NCBI GenBank assembly: GCA_000165345.1 | Contig: CM000431.1 | Coordinates: 768,001-832,000, forward strand | DNA: 64,000 nt | Direction: 5' to 3' | Shown here: positions 40,301-53,157 of the stretch, one piece after another | Position numbering within the stretch: the stretch's first letter is position 1 | Layout of the letters: each line of letters opens with the position of its first letter | Notes under the pieces: model-generated | The model's database searches: none | Told to the model about the DNA's origin: nothing | Seen by the model: only the letters and a program-made list of their open reading frames with translations | Position numbers and translations under genes: made by a program

Positions 40301-42017
40301 TAAAAGGAGGATGGTACATTTCAAATAAAATAACCCCAAGACTAAACATATCTGCGCTTTGATTATAAAAATTGCCTTTACATTGTTCAGGGGCCATATA
40401 AAACATCGTTCCCACTCCTGATGAAAGTTCATTATTTGCTTTTGAGCCATCAATTGAATTGCTTGAATAAGAAAATCTATCGAAGATATTAACAAATGTT
40501 GTGAGCCCAAAATCTCCTAATTTAACCAAGTACAAATTTTCGTCTTGTATTTCATTAGAATTTTCATCTAATTGTAAAAAAATATTTGAAGGTTTTAAGT
40601 CACGATGGATTACTCTCTTTCCATGTAAATATGAAAGTCCTTGAACGATCTGATAGAAAATATGCCAAATAAGCTTGTGGTTATTGCAAACTAATCCTTT
40701 ATCAATTGCATTTTGAAGAGAGTAACCAGAACAATATTCCATTTGAATAAATAAATAAATAGACTTTTTTTTCTCTCCATGAAATGATCCTTGGCTTGGC
40801 CCTTTATTTTTGTGTTCTGCAAGAGTAGAGAGATCATTTGATATATATTGAGCCGTCATTGCAGAGAATTGAGAAATTAATTCAGGAGCAAATGAGCTAT
40901 AAATATTTCCATCAAAAAAATCATTATTGATACATCTAGAATTACCATCAACAGATTCTTGAACCCAAGCATGGTAATACCTAACTATTTTTTCATGATT
41001 TAAGCAAGCAAGCATTGCAGCCTCATTTATTAACATGTGGTTTTCATGTAAATTTTTTGAGCCAAGTGGTATTTGTTTAATTGCATAAGTGCACTTCCCT
41101 CCAAAATGTTCTCGAGCCATAAATACAGAGCCAAATCCACCATACCCTAATATTTTAATAACCTCGAAGTTGTCTTCAAATCTATTTGAAGAAAAAATAT
41201 AATGACTATCTTCTTCATGATTACTCTCATTTAACGAATTTAATTTACATTCATAATCTCTAAGATATTCTTTGTCATTCTCAGCATTATTTCCTAAAGC
41301 ATTTTTAGGAACTATTTGAGTTTGATGTTTAGTTTCCTCAAATTTATTTGCACAATCCAAAATGCCCTTTATAATGTTTATTATTTGAGTGAGTCGGTAT
41401 TCAATTTGCGGATTTTTAAGAAATTTATCAATATTTGTTTTTATCTTTTCTTTAAAACTTTTGCTCATATTATAATGGGAAAGGTAACAAATATCTGGTG
41501 GAATCTTTGGGTATTGATTGTTGATTGAAATCTCTAATTCAAGTCCTTTAAATTGTTTTTCAACATTGTTTGGAGTGCAAGAGTTTGATAAATTCAAGTT
41601 ATTAAAAGAATTTAATACATTTCTTGAGCTTGGATGATCTTCTGGTGATAGTGGTCTGCTATCCAAAATTTTATTGTTAATATGGTCATCTAAAACAAAA
41701 CGTGTATTATTTATACTAATATTCCCAATCAAAACAGTCAGTAACAAATCTCTATTTGATATGGTAGTCTTTATATTTGATTCAGAGTTTGAAAAAAGGG
41801 ATGATGAGCTGTCAGTCACTTCGTCTTCGCCTTGATCATCTTCAAATAAAATCAAACTCCCACTGCTCCCATCAATGTTTGATAAGGAATTCAGTCCGCA
41901 AAACCTTGTACTTTCTGTTGAAATAAATCCAAAATCTAAAATGTGAACTATTGCATGCTCATCTTTAGAAATTATTTCCAGCTCTTCAGCTAGGCTGATA
42001 ATCGAATCTTTACTCAT
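37371..42017 (-). CDS. GCN2-like eIF2-alpha kinase (1548 aa): kinase domain followed by a HisRS-like domain
   Basis: Kinase motifs GYGGFGSVF, AIKQI, HRDLKPSNIFL (the eIF2alpha-kinase-type catalytic loop), DFGL and MFYMAPE, with a long kinase insert. Downstream, ELISYIKNIFKTHGATEVGIPILFPKS resembles HisRS motif 1. Very large single exon. Confidence 0.8.
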   Translation of the reverse strand: MSKDSIISLAEELEIISKDEHAIVHILDFGFISTESTRFCGLNSLSNIDGSSGSLILFEDDQGEDEVTDSSSSLFSNSESNIKTTISNRDLLLTVLIGNISINNTRFVLDDHINNKILDSRPLSPEDHPSSRNVLNSFNNLNLSNSCTPNNVEKQFKGLELEISINNQYPKIPPDICYLSHYNMSKSFKEKIKTNIDKFLKNPQIEYRLTQIINIIKGILDCANKFEETKHQTQIVPKNALGNNAENDKEYLRDYECKLNSLNESNHEEDSHYIFSSNRFEDNFEVIKILGYGGFGSVFMAREHFGGKCTYAIKQIPLGSKNLHENHMLINEAAMLACLNHEKIVRYYHAWVQESVDGNSRCINNDFFDGNIYSSFAPELISQFSAMTAQYISNDLSTLAEHKNKGPSQGSFHGEKKKSIYLFIQMEYCSGYSLQNAIDKGLVCNNHKLIWHIFYQIVQGLSYLHGKRVIHRDLKPSNIFLQLDENSNEIQDENLYLVKLGDFGLTTFVNIFDRFSYSSNSIDGSKANNELSSGVGTMFYMAPEQCKGNFYNQSADMFSLGVILFEMYHPPFNTGMERVQILTQLTKYGTIPNNCNIPNKVRALIKSLLSHNPEERPTSYQLLYNEWILKQTKFYLNSEDLVIGATDIDLNGAKGYSSQKICDIISRNPYIHENIQILSTLFSIEKRSLDKQLYRSNASFSYFSFQLNNSGYRIYPFQSNNILINHHHYYKKRSELISYIKNIFKTHGATEVGIPILFPKSTNKNLIIDEKTQNEINCNERKVNFDLDYLILSTNERCEIESQQKHKKGRKHFSKKNSQNSKDDSELSESIAISENPLRVILLDRSGNPLVLCNNILKNMSAQLGDGHGLRMGAVIKRFYIDSIYTQDNLINLDTNNNKYATTHGHPKELLFGTYEIVVKINDRVIEEFDSISNFIEFPIEVQNISGNLNISPMWYYNIVIYYDIEIIITALDTLKPYERFIGQPILVWGDSQLFISLLESWVGIKYEKAKYIQIWLHNLIPIGISRVKLLNFLQKITLISLAEFVNSYNFDREIEGSNIIKSELPEPILKYYIGLKILSYPSILEKVVEYILYIINDFKGSIHDFIEIINKGTNEVSNLFEIEKKKFIITCKNEFFKELAKVTRYPLFINLVNNKGYNNSLALNFKTTDNFSEEKMLNQNEILINPELFTPNLLKVIYRIFLFNNLLNNTNLGITKIFFDPILFSNNNFFESGFFFYIFSGETSSDQNNQNAESSFSCSQNIPICKVGCIMDLIFENRYSLNHINSSYASLKQSNVELLVKGGRFDNWYISANTNKVIFFKNYSSIKNNDRISAVGFEIVLERIIYKILRNTKFKMIIPLVNVGLTSNCELLLNSGIHVFILNNNTKYQVKSFKLRQLLLLKGIKCQRNISLNNVDTIKQKNHIKSRFPLLHWIVQIVRGSFGDNRRHVSMNSSNKSSYLPYQANNLALSNLVNNSYLTDNQNNPILYSEIKYKIEWCFSSDSNLTIYAKEFISNYPGSSNSNNLEIILDNECRLVQFLIDFYCMND

Positions 42018-42152
42018 TTGATCGCATTTTTTTTATTAATTTCCTGTTAAATTAAAAAGAAATCAGTAGAGCGCCCAATTAAATTTCATAATTTGTTTCT
42101 TAGATGTTATAAGAAATGAATGGAAAAGTTAGCCAAATAAATCGATTGACAA

Positions 42153-42812
42153 ATGATATTTTTGTCTCTAATCGGTGCATTTGAGCCCTTTATAAGCATA
42201 GATAACCTCAAATTTATTGTGAAAAACCTTCAGATTTTAACAGGGAAAGAAATCAAGTTTATTAAGCATGCAGAAACTAATATAAATTTGGTTATGAAGG
42301 GAAGGTGTAGTGTTGGTAATATTTCTGACCTTAAGGACTATGCAGATTTGAAGGAGCAATCAAATCCAGGGAATCATCAACAGATCTCTACAAATTCTAT
42401 GCTGGAAGTATTGCTTAAGATGAAAAATAAATTCATCACAGAAAACTCAAAAAATCAGATGGATTCCAACTTTTTTTTAATTGGAATAACAAGTTTGGAT
42501 ATATTTCCAACAAATGATCATGAATATGTATTCGGTCAAAGCGACCCAGAAAAAGGAATTGCAATAATATCTGCATATAGGCTATATCAAAATAATAAAA
42601 ACTTAATGAATAGTCGAATATTAAAAGTAATAATGCATGAATATGGTCATTTAATGAAATTAGGGCATTGTAAACACGTATGTTTGATGTCTGTTATATG
42701 TTCGATAAGCGAACTTGATAACAGAACGCTATATTGCTGTGAAAATTGTCTAAATCAAATTAGAGAAAAAAGTTCTACATCGGAGTCAGTGAAGAACTTA
42801 TTTGAGTTTTGA
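42153..42812 (+). CDS. Archaemetzincin-family zinc metallopeptidase
   Basis: Signature HEYGHLMKLGHCKHVCLMS...(17 aa)...CCENC, i.e. HExxHxxGxxHCxxxxCxM...CxxC. Confidence 0.75.
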   Translation: MIFLSLIGAFEPFISIDNLKFIVKNLQILTGKEIKFIKHAETNINLVMKGRCSVGNISDLKDYADLKEQSNPGNHQQISTNSMLEVLLKMKNKFITENSKNQMDSNFFLIGITSLDIFPTNDHEYVFGQSDPEKGIAIISAYRLYQNNKNLMNSRILKVIMHEYGHLMKLGHCKHVCLMSVICSISELDNRTLYCCENCLNQIREKSSTSESVKNLFEF

Positions 42813-44834
42813 AATAAGTTTGTAGATGAAAGTTTGCTATATTCAATATAGTTATAAGGAACAATATTTTTCTTATCTTTAATAAAACATGCTGAGTAAT
42901 TATGTAAAATTCCGTTGGGGGATGTTATTTCATGAGCCAAAATTTCTTCTGTGCTTAAACCAATTAAATCTTCATAATTCAAGTTATGAAGATGTCGGTT
43001 GACCTTTGCATTGCTTGCATTCATAGTTAAAGTATTTGATAAATGTCTAATTACAGGCACAACACTCTTATTGTGAATATATAACTCCCATAGCCCAAAA
43101 TTACTTGACAAATAAGTACCCATTTCACAGTTGTTATTTAAACTATCCGCTGTATCAATTTTTTGTCCCTCAGACAAATTTACTGAAGGCTTGTAAGGAT
43201 TAAAAAATTGATCATTTTTATACGAATTAATTCCTTTATCATATGACCATAACTCGCCTTGTGTATTTTTCAAAATTGTGTTTACATATTCATAAATTTC
43301 ATCACTTTCATTGAGAGATAAAACCGGAAACAGTATATTTCTATGCTTTTTAATTATGCTATTAACTAGCGCAATTATCCAAACCGTATTATTCATAGAA
43401 GTAAATAATGAAATTCGAATTAACTTTTTAATGAAACAACTTAATACTGTCATGGGAATTAATGGCGAAAACAGAGAAATTGATAGTAATTTCAAGAACT
43501 TGGCTCTAACTTTCAATGAAAATACTGGAGGGCATAGCAATTCATATAATCGACGATAGTAGCCTGAACTTATATTTTCTTCACTTTCGTTATTTAAATT
43601 AAAGCCTTCGTTTAGTCTATTATTGACAATAAGGTAAAATAGCCCATTTAATGAAATTACTGAGATGGCTAACTTATCCATAGGATTTATTTTGTTACTT
43701 ATACCATCGAAACAATTTTTAAATATATCAGCAAGTTCCAATGGGTTAGATATTATTGGTATTACAAACTCTGAAACGTACTCTAATGCATCCTTTAAAA
43801 TAGGAAGTGGAATATTTCTGTTTTCATCATTATAGTTCATAATAACTATATTAATATATTTCAACCAAAGTTTTTGATAAATCACTCTATAATTCTTGTC
43901 AAATTTAGCAATTTTATCTAGATCTCCATCAAAATCAGAACCAAACATCAAATTGGTCTTGTCTTTGCGTGAACAATCAAATTCCTTTGATTGGTTTTCA
44001 TTGCTTGGACTCGGCAAGTTGACTAATATATGATGCACCCTTAAAAAAATAGTTGTTGCCAAATTAACTTTTTCGTTATTGGTTAAACCATTGTATCATT
44101 GATTCATTTTTTTTGCCAAAATTAAAGATTAATCCCTCTGAGTATTTGTTTAGAAAGTTTAAAATATTTTTCAAAAAAAAGTACCTTAAATCTTTAAAAT
44201 TTGTGATATATTCATTAAGAAGCAAATTTTCCATGATAAAGGTATCATTTGTCATGTTATTTCTACTATCTAAAATAATTCTGTTGATTTCATTGTTTTG
44301 GATAGAGCTAGTCAAAATACTTCTAATAATAAATGTGCTTAAGGAGATCGGAAAATTTCCAGTTTCGTCAAAGTTACCTTTTTCCTTCATATTTTTATAG
44401 TTTCTAATCATAATATCATCTTTAAGCCATTTCATAAATATTTGTACTATCACAGCCCGCAGATTATTTCTATTGGATGAAATACACTTACCCAAATCAT
44501 TATTTATTTGTATGCCTTCAGTACCTATATATTGGTTGTCCATAATAATAGAAGATAATTTAAGAAATTGATGAACTAATGGCTTTAATGAAGATATGGA
44601 TTCATTAACATCTTTATTTTCATCTAATAATAATTCACGAGAGAAATCACTAAAAGACTGATCAGTATCTCCCATAGAAAGAATATCAATTGGTATAGGC
44701 TCCATTGTAGCTTTTCTTGCTTCAGAAATTTGTTTGTTCAAATCTAACAACATTTTCGTAACAATTTCCAATTTAACCTTCTTAGATTTAGAAGCCTTAT
44801 TAAGCTTTTTGGATGTTTGGGAATGAGATTTCAT
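42755..44834 (-). CDS. NOC4/CBF (Mak21)-domain nucleolar complex protein, 2 exons (44089..44834, 42755..44039), about 676 aa
   Basis: Two adjacent track ORFs are joined in frame (...ESMIQW|VHHILVN...) by a 49-nt GT..AG intron (44040..44088). The C-terminal part has a CBF-domain pattern: ISLNGLFYLIVNNRLN...YYRRLYELLCPPVFSLKVRAKFLKLLSISLFSPLIPMTVLSCFIKKLIRISL (compare ASLNGLFLLM...FYRKLYALL...KYRARFFHL...LPAYLVAAFAKRLARLAL). Basic K-rich N-terminus. Confidence 0.6.
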
Positions 44835-44955
44835 GTTTATAGATTCTTTCTTTAAATATCAAGAAAGAGCCCTTAAATAAATAGTTGAATTTATAAATAA
44901 GTTTTTGCCAATTATCCAAAAATTAGTTTTATGATAATAGTCAAAAAATAACTAC

Positions 44956-44977
44956 TTTGGCGGCGCAATCGCGCGAT
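44956..44977. promoter_or_regulatory. Paired GC boxes TTTGGCGGCGC and ATCGCGCGAT (palindrome) between the divergent NOC4 and AK6/Fap7 genes
   Basis: TTTGGCGGCGC is a near-consensus E2F-type site. It lies 70-120 bp from either start codon. Confidence 0.4.
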
Positions 44978-45043
44978 AATTTGCAATTAGATAGAATATT
45001 CATTCCATTCTGAATGCTTGAAAACATAAAAATATAAAATATA

Positions 45044-45583
45044 ATGCTAGGTAAAGGTAGAAAGCCTAACATACTAATTATTGGCACCCCTGGTACAGGG
45101 AAAACTTCATTAAGTAAAAAACTAGAGAAAAAACTGGAAGGCTACAAAAGAATTGAACTTTCAAAAGCTATTAAAAAACATAGGCTCTACAGTGAATGGG
45201 ATGATAAAATGGGAGCAAGCATTTTCGACGAGAATCTAGTTAGAAGATATCTAAAAAATCAATTGGATAAATATAATTCTAAGAATGTTGGCATAATACT
45301 CGATTTCCATTCAGTAAATTTCATCAAGAGAAAGTGGTTCGACATTGTTTTTTGCTTAAACTCAGAAACCCATGTTTTGTTTGATAGGCTTGAGAAAAGA
45401 GGTTACAGCCAAGATAAAATTAAAGAGAATGTTGAGTGCGAAATTTTCAAGGTTATTAGATTTGACGCTACAGAGATATTCGATGAGGAACAAATAATTG
45501 ATTTACAAAGTAATAATATCTGTGAGCAGAGGTCAAATATAAAATTTATATTGAATAAAATATCTAGCATTGAAAATAGTTAA
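45044..45583 (+). CDS. FAP7: Adenylate kinase isoenzyme 6 (AK6/Fap7/hCINAP)
   Basis: NILIIGTPGTGKTSLSKKL P-loop. DFHSVNFIKRKWFDIVFCLNSETHVLFDRLEKRGYSQDKIKENVECEIFKV matches AK6 ([51 protein letters not shown]). Confidence 0.85.
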   Translation: MLGKGRKPNILIIGTPGTGKTSLSKKLEKKLEGYKRIELSKAIKKHRLYSEWDDKMGASIFDENLVRRYLKNQLDKYNSKNVGIILDFHSVNFIKRKWFDIVFCLNSETHVLFDRLEKRGYSQDKIKENVECEIFKVIRFDATEIFDEEQIIDLQSNNICEQRSNIKFILNKISSIENS

Positions 45584-45950
45584 AACAATCTCCACTTAGA
45601 CCTTTTTTTAGTTAATCTTTTATTTTTATAGAACATATTTACCCGCCTAATTTGACATGTAATTATTATTGTGGACAATTCATATAGGTTCATCCACGTC
45701 TTCAACAGGTTTAGATCTGATTAAATTTGAATTATTTTACTATCAATCAGTGGAGGAAGGTGGCTTATGGTAGTGAGTGAGCACAAAAATTGATTTGTAT
45801 ATTAGTAAAATTATGAACTGAGATATAACTTCTATGACGCTGATGAATAGGCAAGAATTATAGTTAAAGTTACTTGATAAGAAAAGAAGATAAAAGTAAG
45901 CTGATTGAGGTAGGGATAATAGTAGTAATCAAGATTGAACAACAACAAAC

Positions 45951-47075
45951 ATGAGTATTGGAAGTTTTGTACCTGAGGTAATTTTTATGGATAACATAGA
46001 GTCAAATATTAAACTACTCACAGAAAATGAGAATTCGAATAACCAAATTGAGTGTATTTCAAAAGAGAATTTTTTAAATTTGAATTCTCAATTTAAACAA
46101 TCATCAGATAGTTTATCTTTTGATATGAAAATAAGAACAGAAAATATTAATTTAAATTCTATTCAAGAACCATCAAAAGTTGACCATTATTATAAAATTC
46201 AACCTTTGCAAGGCATTGAGCAGAATATTGGCGAAAACATTCAAATTCCTGTTGAAGATGAAGTTCAGAGTTATACGAGCTATAGCAATTTCAAATTAGA
46301 ATGGGATCATGAAAATAAAGCATTATTCGTAGTAATTCCTTCAGTTGATAGTTTGGACCATTGGATGATGCTGTTTTTGCAACCTTTAGGTATTACTTGT
46401 GATTCGCTGAGTTTAAATAATTGTTGTTTAAAAAGAAATTGCGACTTTCGAATACGGCTTGATGATGAAAGACTGTTACTTTATCCAGATTTATTAAAAG
46501 ATATTTCTGACTTTTTAAGTACACAGTATTTAAATTGGCAATATTATAGGGAAAATGTAATTATGAGGGATTGCGAGGTGATGGACTCTGAACAAGAAAA
46601 GTATATCGGTGATAACTTAATAAATGGCAATCATTTCGGTCCAAAATGTTACAATTATTGGAAATTCCCTGATATAAATGTATTCGTGAATAATGATTCT
46701 CACTTAAATAATGAAATTAACTTTGCAGAGGATGAAAATTCCAGTAAATTTTATGAAAAAGAAAATTTTTCTCAAAATAATGGTAGCTTTGAAAGGAATA
46801 TTCAAAAATCAATCACCAATTACAACACAGACATTTACGGAAAGTGTTTATTAGTTCCAGAACTGTGTTCAAAAGGTGATGAACCTTTGGTACAGAATAA
46901 TACATTATCATGTCTTACTACCAATATTTCTGATTTAAATGTGCTAACTACAGACTCTGGCGTACTTCAAGTATTGACATCTGAGAATTCTAATCATGAT
47001 GATAACTATTTTGCATTAAATACGAACAGTTCAATGGGAACAAATGACAAGGAGTATTTCCCTATTGAAACTTAG
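45951..47075 (+). CDS. Hypothetical protein (374 aa), N/S-rich
   Basis: ATG-initiated uninterrupted ORF. No domain recognised. Confidence 0.45.
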   Translation: MSIGSFVPEVIFMDNIESNIKLLTENENSNNQIECISKENFLNLNSQFKQSSDSLSFDMKIRTENINLNSIQEPSKVDHYYKIQPLQGIEQNIGENIQIPVEDEVQSYTSYSNFKLEWDHENKALFVVIPSVDSLDHWMMLFLQPLGITCDSLSLNNCCLKRNCDFRIRLDDERLLLYPDLLKDISDFLSTQYLNWQYYRENVIMRDCEVMDSEQEKYIGDNLINGNHFGPKCYNYWKFPDINVFVNNDSHLNNEINFAEDENSSKFYEKENFSQNNGSFERNIQKSITNYNTDIYGKCLLVPELCSKGDEPLVQNNTLSCLTTNISDLNVLTTDSGVLQVLTSENSNHDDNYFALNTNSSMGTNDKEYFPIET

Positions 47076-47169
47076 AAAAAAAAACAAATTCACTGTTTTT
47101 CAAATATTATATAAAATTATACTAGTTGAAAAATAAATTATAGCTTTCGATTTTTAATATTAAGTAATG

Positions 47170-47673
47170 CTAATCTTGATCTTCGCAGTATTCTATGTTC
47201 TTTGGTGTTTCTCCAGTTAATATATATCTTCTGTTTTGTGCGTTTTTATTATAAATTAGAGCAAATTCTTCAGGCCTTTTTTCGTTCTCAAAGTAATAAA
47301 TCCCATCTTCTTTTTTTGTGAAGTCTTCTTCTTTGGGAACTGAATAACGACAACAAATTAAACTTAAAATCACGCAAATTAATAAAACGATTACAAGAAT
47401 TACGAGAATAACTTGACTTATTTGAGATGAAAATGGTTGATCATAGCTAATATTCCATTTATAGCTGGAAAGGCTTAGTTCTCCATTTGCTCTTCTTCCA
47501 GGAGAATTAAATATCTCATGGTTTTCATTTACAATATCCCATGCGTTCTTTTTTGTTCTAACAAAAGAATAAGCATGATTTGATAGTAAATTTAAAGATA
47601 GGTCATATTCAAAATTTATATTAAAAGCTATAATGGAAAAAAATAGAGCTATTATTTTGATATAACTTCGCAT
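47170..47673 (-). CDS. Small predicted type-I membrane protein (signal peptide plus one transmembrane helix)
   Basis: N-terminal hydrophobic segment IIALFFSIIAFNI and a central hydrophobic stretch ISQVILVILVIVLLICVILSLICC followed by RY. No homology recognised. Confidence 0.35.
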   Translation of the reverse strand: MRSYIKIIALFFSIIAFNINFEYDLSLNLLSNHAYSFVRTKKNAWDIVNENHEIFNSPGRRANGELSLSSYKWNISYDQPFSSQISQVILVILVIVLLICVILSLICCRYSVPKEEDFTKKEDGIYYFENEKRPEEFALIYNKNAQNRRYILTGETPKNIEYCEDQD

Positions 47674-48202
47674 TCTGATATAGGCCCTTTAAGTTGTATA
47701 ATTTTGAAATTCAAGATTCCCAAAGTATGTTTTAAACAATTATAAACATAAATAAATCAAATTGAACTCAGTGTGGTGTAAAGTTAAATTTGTTATTAAT
47801 CCCAGTAATTAATTTTTGATAAATTAATTTGCAATTTTTAGATCATTTTTTGGCAAGTATTAGTTACAATTCGACAATATCATTAAATAATCCTTTTTTA
47901 GTCAAAAGTCTATTAGAATACAACTCAATATATGTTTATATTATTTTTGCATTACTAATCCAATCTATATTTCATTCGTGTGAATTGCAATATTTGTACA
48001 CTACCAGTCATTGGCGGGAAGTATTTATTCCTATTAAGGTTTTTTCTCACAAGGATAAAAATCGCAAATTATACAAAAAACAACTCGGCACTCATTCATT
48101 GTTTTAGTAGGCCTGTTTTATAAAATATTAGCTTAATTTAAGCTTGTTTTTTGTATATATGTTTCATTGAGCGATTTTGATATCTTGATCATAAGTAATA
48201 AA

Positions 48203-48562
48203 ATGTTAAGCGAAGGGGAAAGTGAGTTATTAATAGAAGACGAAAACCCTATTGCTAGATTCTCTTTGGAATTAGAGTTTGTGCAATGTCTTTCAAACCC
48301 AGACTATCTTCAATGGTTATCAAAGGAGGGATATTTTGAAGATGAGTCATTCGTCAATTACTTAAAATATTTATTGTATTGGTGTGAATTCCCATATGTG
48401 AAGTATATATCTTATCCCCATTGTATTAAAATGCTGAGACTGCTTCAGATCGAAGATTTCAGAAAAAACTTGTCGAAGGAAGAAGTAATTCAAATTATTC
48501 GCGAACAACAAACATATCAATGGATTTACTCTGACATAAAAAAAGAACATTTAAAGTTATAG
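48203..48562 (+). CDS. MED31: Mediator subunit Med31 (Soh1)
   Basis: RFSLELEFVQCLSNPDYLQWLSKEGYFEDESFVNYLKYLLYWCEFPYVKYISYPHCIKMLRLLQIEDFR is the conserved Med31 core. The ATG is at 48203; the track ORF starts at an upstream TTG. Confidence 0.75.
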   Translation: MLSEGESELLIEDENPIARFSLELEFVQCLSNPDYLQWLSKEGYFEDESFVNYLKYLLYWCEFPYVKYISYPHCIKMLRLLQIEDFRKNLSKEEVIQIIREQQTYQWIYSDIKKEHLKL

Positions 48563-48978
48563 ATAACTTAAAGTGGTATTCATCTATGATTTATGGGGTT
48601 GTGGAGTTTGATTAATTGTAGAATTCCAATATTTAAATATCGCTCCGAGGAGCACTTTTGTTGAGATTCTAATTTGAAAGAAAAAATCTTTTTTCTATAG
48701 TAGTAATCATCAAATTTTTCACAAGTGTGAATTTAGGTCTTGATAATATCGTATTTATTTTACTTCATACTAAAAAAGTAATTATTTATGCTTTATCCAA
48801 TAATTTGGACTAAAAGTTTAAAAAGCAATGACTAATATAACAAAAATTTTCAATTATTTGTTTCTGATAAACAATAAAAGCTAATTATTATTTAAATTCT
48901 AGAACAATATTAACAACTAGTACATGGAACTATTTTTTTATTTAAGCGTTATTAAGATTTTTGAGATAGTGTAATTTA

Positions 48979-51138
<2,160 letters not shown>

Positions 51139-51428
51139 GCTAATATTATGTATTTATATTGTATATTTATCTAGATGCAATAACTAGAAGTGCAACAAAT
51201 TTGAAGTAAATTTGTGTTGATTTTCTCCTGAAATTTTATTGTGCACAAATACTTATGGTAGCAATTAATAAATCCGCCAATTATTTTTAACGGATTATTA
51301 AAATAGAATTATATTTAGTTTAGATTATAATCAAATTAACTAATTAGAAGATATTTTTGATTCTAATGAATTTCAATAATTATTTCCAATTGAATCCAAA
51401 CTTTAATCAAAAAAAAATTTTAAAAATG

Positions 51429-51500
51429 TGCGTGTATCGGGAGTCGAACCCGAGCCATCAGTTCGGAAAACTGAGATGCTAGCCGTTACACCATACACGC
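51429..51500 (-). tRNA. tRNA-Gly (anticodon UCC)
   Basis: Minus-strand sequence GCGTGTA-TG-GTGT-AACGGCTA-GCAT-C-TCAGT-TTTCCGA-ACTGA-TGGC-TCGGG-TTCGACT-CCCGA-TACACGC-A folds as a canonical cloverleaf: 7-bp acceptor stem, T33, anticodon TCC at positions 34-36, TTCGA T-loop and discriminator A. A T-rich tract follows on the transcribed strand. Confidence 0.85.
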
Positions 51501-51627
51501 CCACGTCTGAACGGTTGTTTTTAGTGATTATAATCTAAAAAACAAACATTAATTCGAAAAGTCTACATTAGGAATTAAAAAAAAGAAAACAAAAAAAAAA
51601 AAACAATTCGAGAGCAATATTAATAAT

Positions 51628-53157
51628 TTATGAAAATATTTTTGCTTTAAAGCTAAATAGATCGCGTATATTTGGGATATTATAACTAATCATCGTTGGC
51701 CTTTCAAGAGAAAGCCCCCATGCAATCACAACGATGTCAGAGGGAAACCCGAGTGGTCTAAGCATTTCTGGTCTAAATAAGCCGGAATTTCCAACTTCGA
51801 TCCACTTTTTTAGGGTAGTGTGGTATCCAAAGATTTCCATAGAAGGCTCAGTATAAGGGTTAAATGCAGGTTTAAATTTAAGATCGGAAATACCAATCTT
51901 TTCGTAGAAAGTCTTTAAAGTTCCGATTAGATCTGCAAGTGTAAGATTCTTGTCGACAATTAATCCCTCAACCTGATGAAACTCAGCAAGATGGGTAGCA
52001 TCGATTGATTCATTTCTGAAAACACGGTCAATTGAGAAGTAAGCCTTTCTCTGGAAATTATCAAAAGATAGTCCGTTCTCGTTATATAAATACATTTGAG
52101 CAAGTTTATAAAGCATTCTTACGGAAACTGCTGTTGTGTGAGTTCTAAGAAGATTTTTAGAGGCTTCTTCAATACTCCAATTGTAAGATAAACCAATTGA
52201 TCCATATCCGCCAATCTCATGTACTTTTTTAACTTTATCAATGTGATCGTTCGACAACTCCATTTCATTTCTGAAAGTACTTGGAGTTTCTAAGAAGAAA
52301 GTATCATGAGAATCTCTTGCAGGATGTTTTTGAGGTTGGAAAAGAGCATCAAAATTCCAGAATGAACTTTCAACCCAGCGATTAGTAGGCATCTCTTCAA
52401 ATCCCATTTGAGATAAAATTCTCTTAAACTTTCTTGAAGTGCGAGTAAGAGGATGAATATTTCCTCTTGGCAGTCTTTTTCCTTTTGCATTGAAATTATA
52501 GGGTTTAAACTCGTTGTTTTCCCAACTTGAGTTCATAATCATTTCTTGGGTTAAATCAGTAATCATAGGTTTAAGCTTCACAGTAAAGTCCTCCCCCTTA
52601 TTAATCATGAAGTAAGATATTTTCTGTGAGATTGCAAGTTTTCTCTTTTTTAATTCTGCTATTATTTGTAAATCTTGTTTAGTTAGTTGACTCTCTTTAA
52701 CACCATTTACCCCCACAATAAGAAGATTTTTCCCTAACTCATCGGTATTTAATAAATCCATGTTGGAATCAGCAGGAATCTCTATTAGTCCCAATTCTTT
52801 ATTTAATTTGATCAGCTTTTTCTGAAGACATTTTGAAAGCCCTATTTTAAATATGGAGCCTCCCAGAAATGTCATTGCCTCGTCTTGTTTAATTTTATGA
52901 TCAGACTTTTCCAAAATAATTTTAATAAGCCTGTATTCTGGTGATCCATTCAACAAATAGTCTTTTCCCTCATCTGTAAGAGATAACATATTGTCCGAAA
53001 TAAATTGTGTTTTAATAATATTACGGGACTCCAAACTTTTAATTACTCCTATTACTCTTTCATGCTCACATTTGAGTTCTTCTGAAATGCTAATACTGCT
53101 TAAAGAACAATTAAGCGACTCAAGCTTTTCTAATATTGTTACAGGTTCCACTTCCAT
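51628..53157 (-). CDS. FRS2: Phenylalanyl-tRNA synthetase alpha subunit (cytosolic)
   Basis: Class II aaRS motifs [12 protein letters not shown] (motif 2), [12 protein letters not shown] and [11 protein letters not shown], with an N-terminal DNA-binding-fold-like region. Confidence 0.9.
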   Translation of the reverse strand: MEVEPVTILEKLESLNCSLSSISISEELKCEHERVIGVIKSLESRNIIKTQFISDNMLSLTDEGKDYLLNGSPEYRLIKIILEKSDHKIKQDEAMTFLGGSIFKIGLSKCLQKKLIKLNKELGLIEIPADSNMDLLNTDELGKNLLIVGVNGVKESQLTKQDLQIIAELKKRKLAISQKISYFMINKGEDFTVKLKPMITDLTQEMIMNSSWENNEFKPYNFNAKGKRLPRGNIHPLTRTSRKFKRILSQMGFEEMPTNRWVESSFWNFDALFQPQKHPARDSHDTFFLETPSTFRNEMELSNDHIDKVKKVHEIGGYGSIGLSYNWSIEEASKNLLRTHTTAVSVRMLYKLAQMYLYNENGLSFDNFQRKAYFSIDRVFRNESIDATHLAEFHQVEGLIVDKNLTLADLIGTLKTFYEKIGISDLKFKPAFNPYTEPSMEIFGYHTTLKKWIEVGNSGLFRPEMLRPLGFPSDIVVIAWGLSLERPTMISYNIPNIRDLFSFKAKIFS

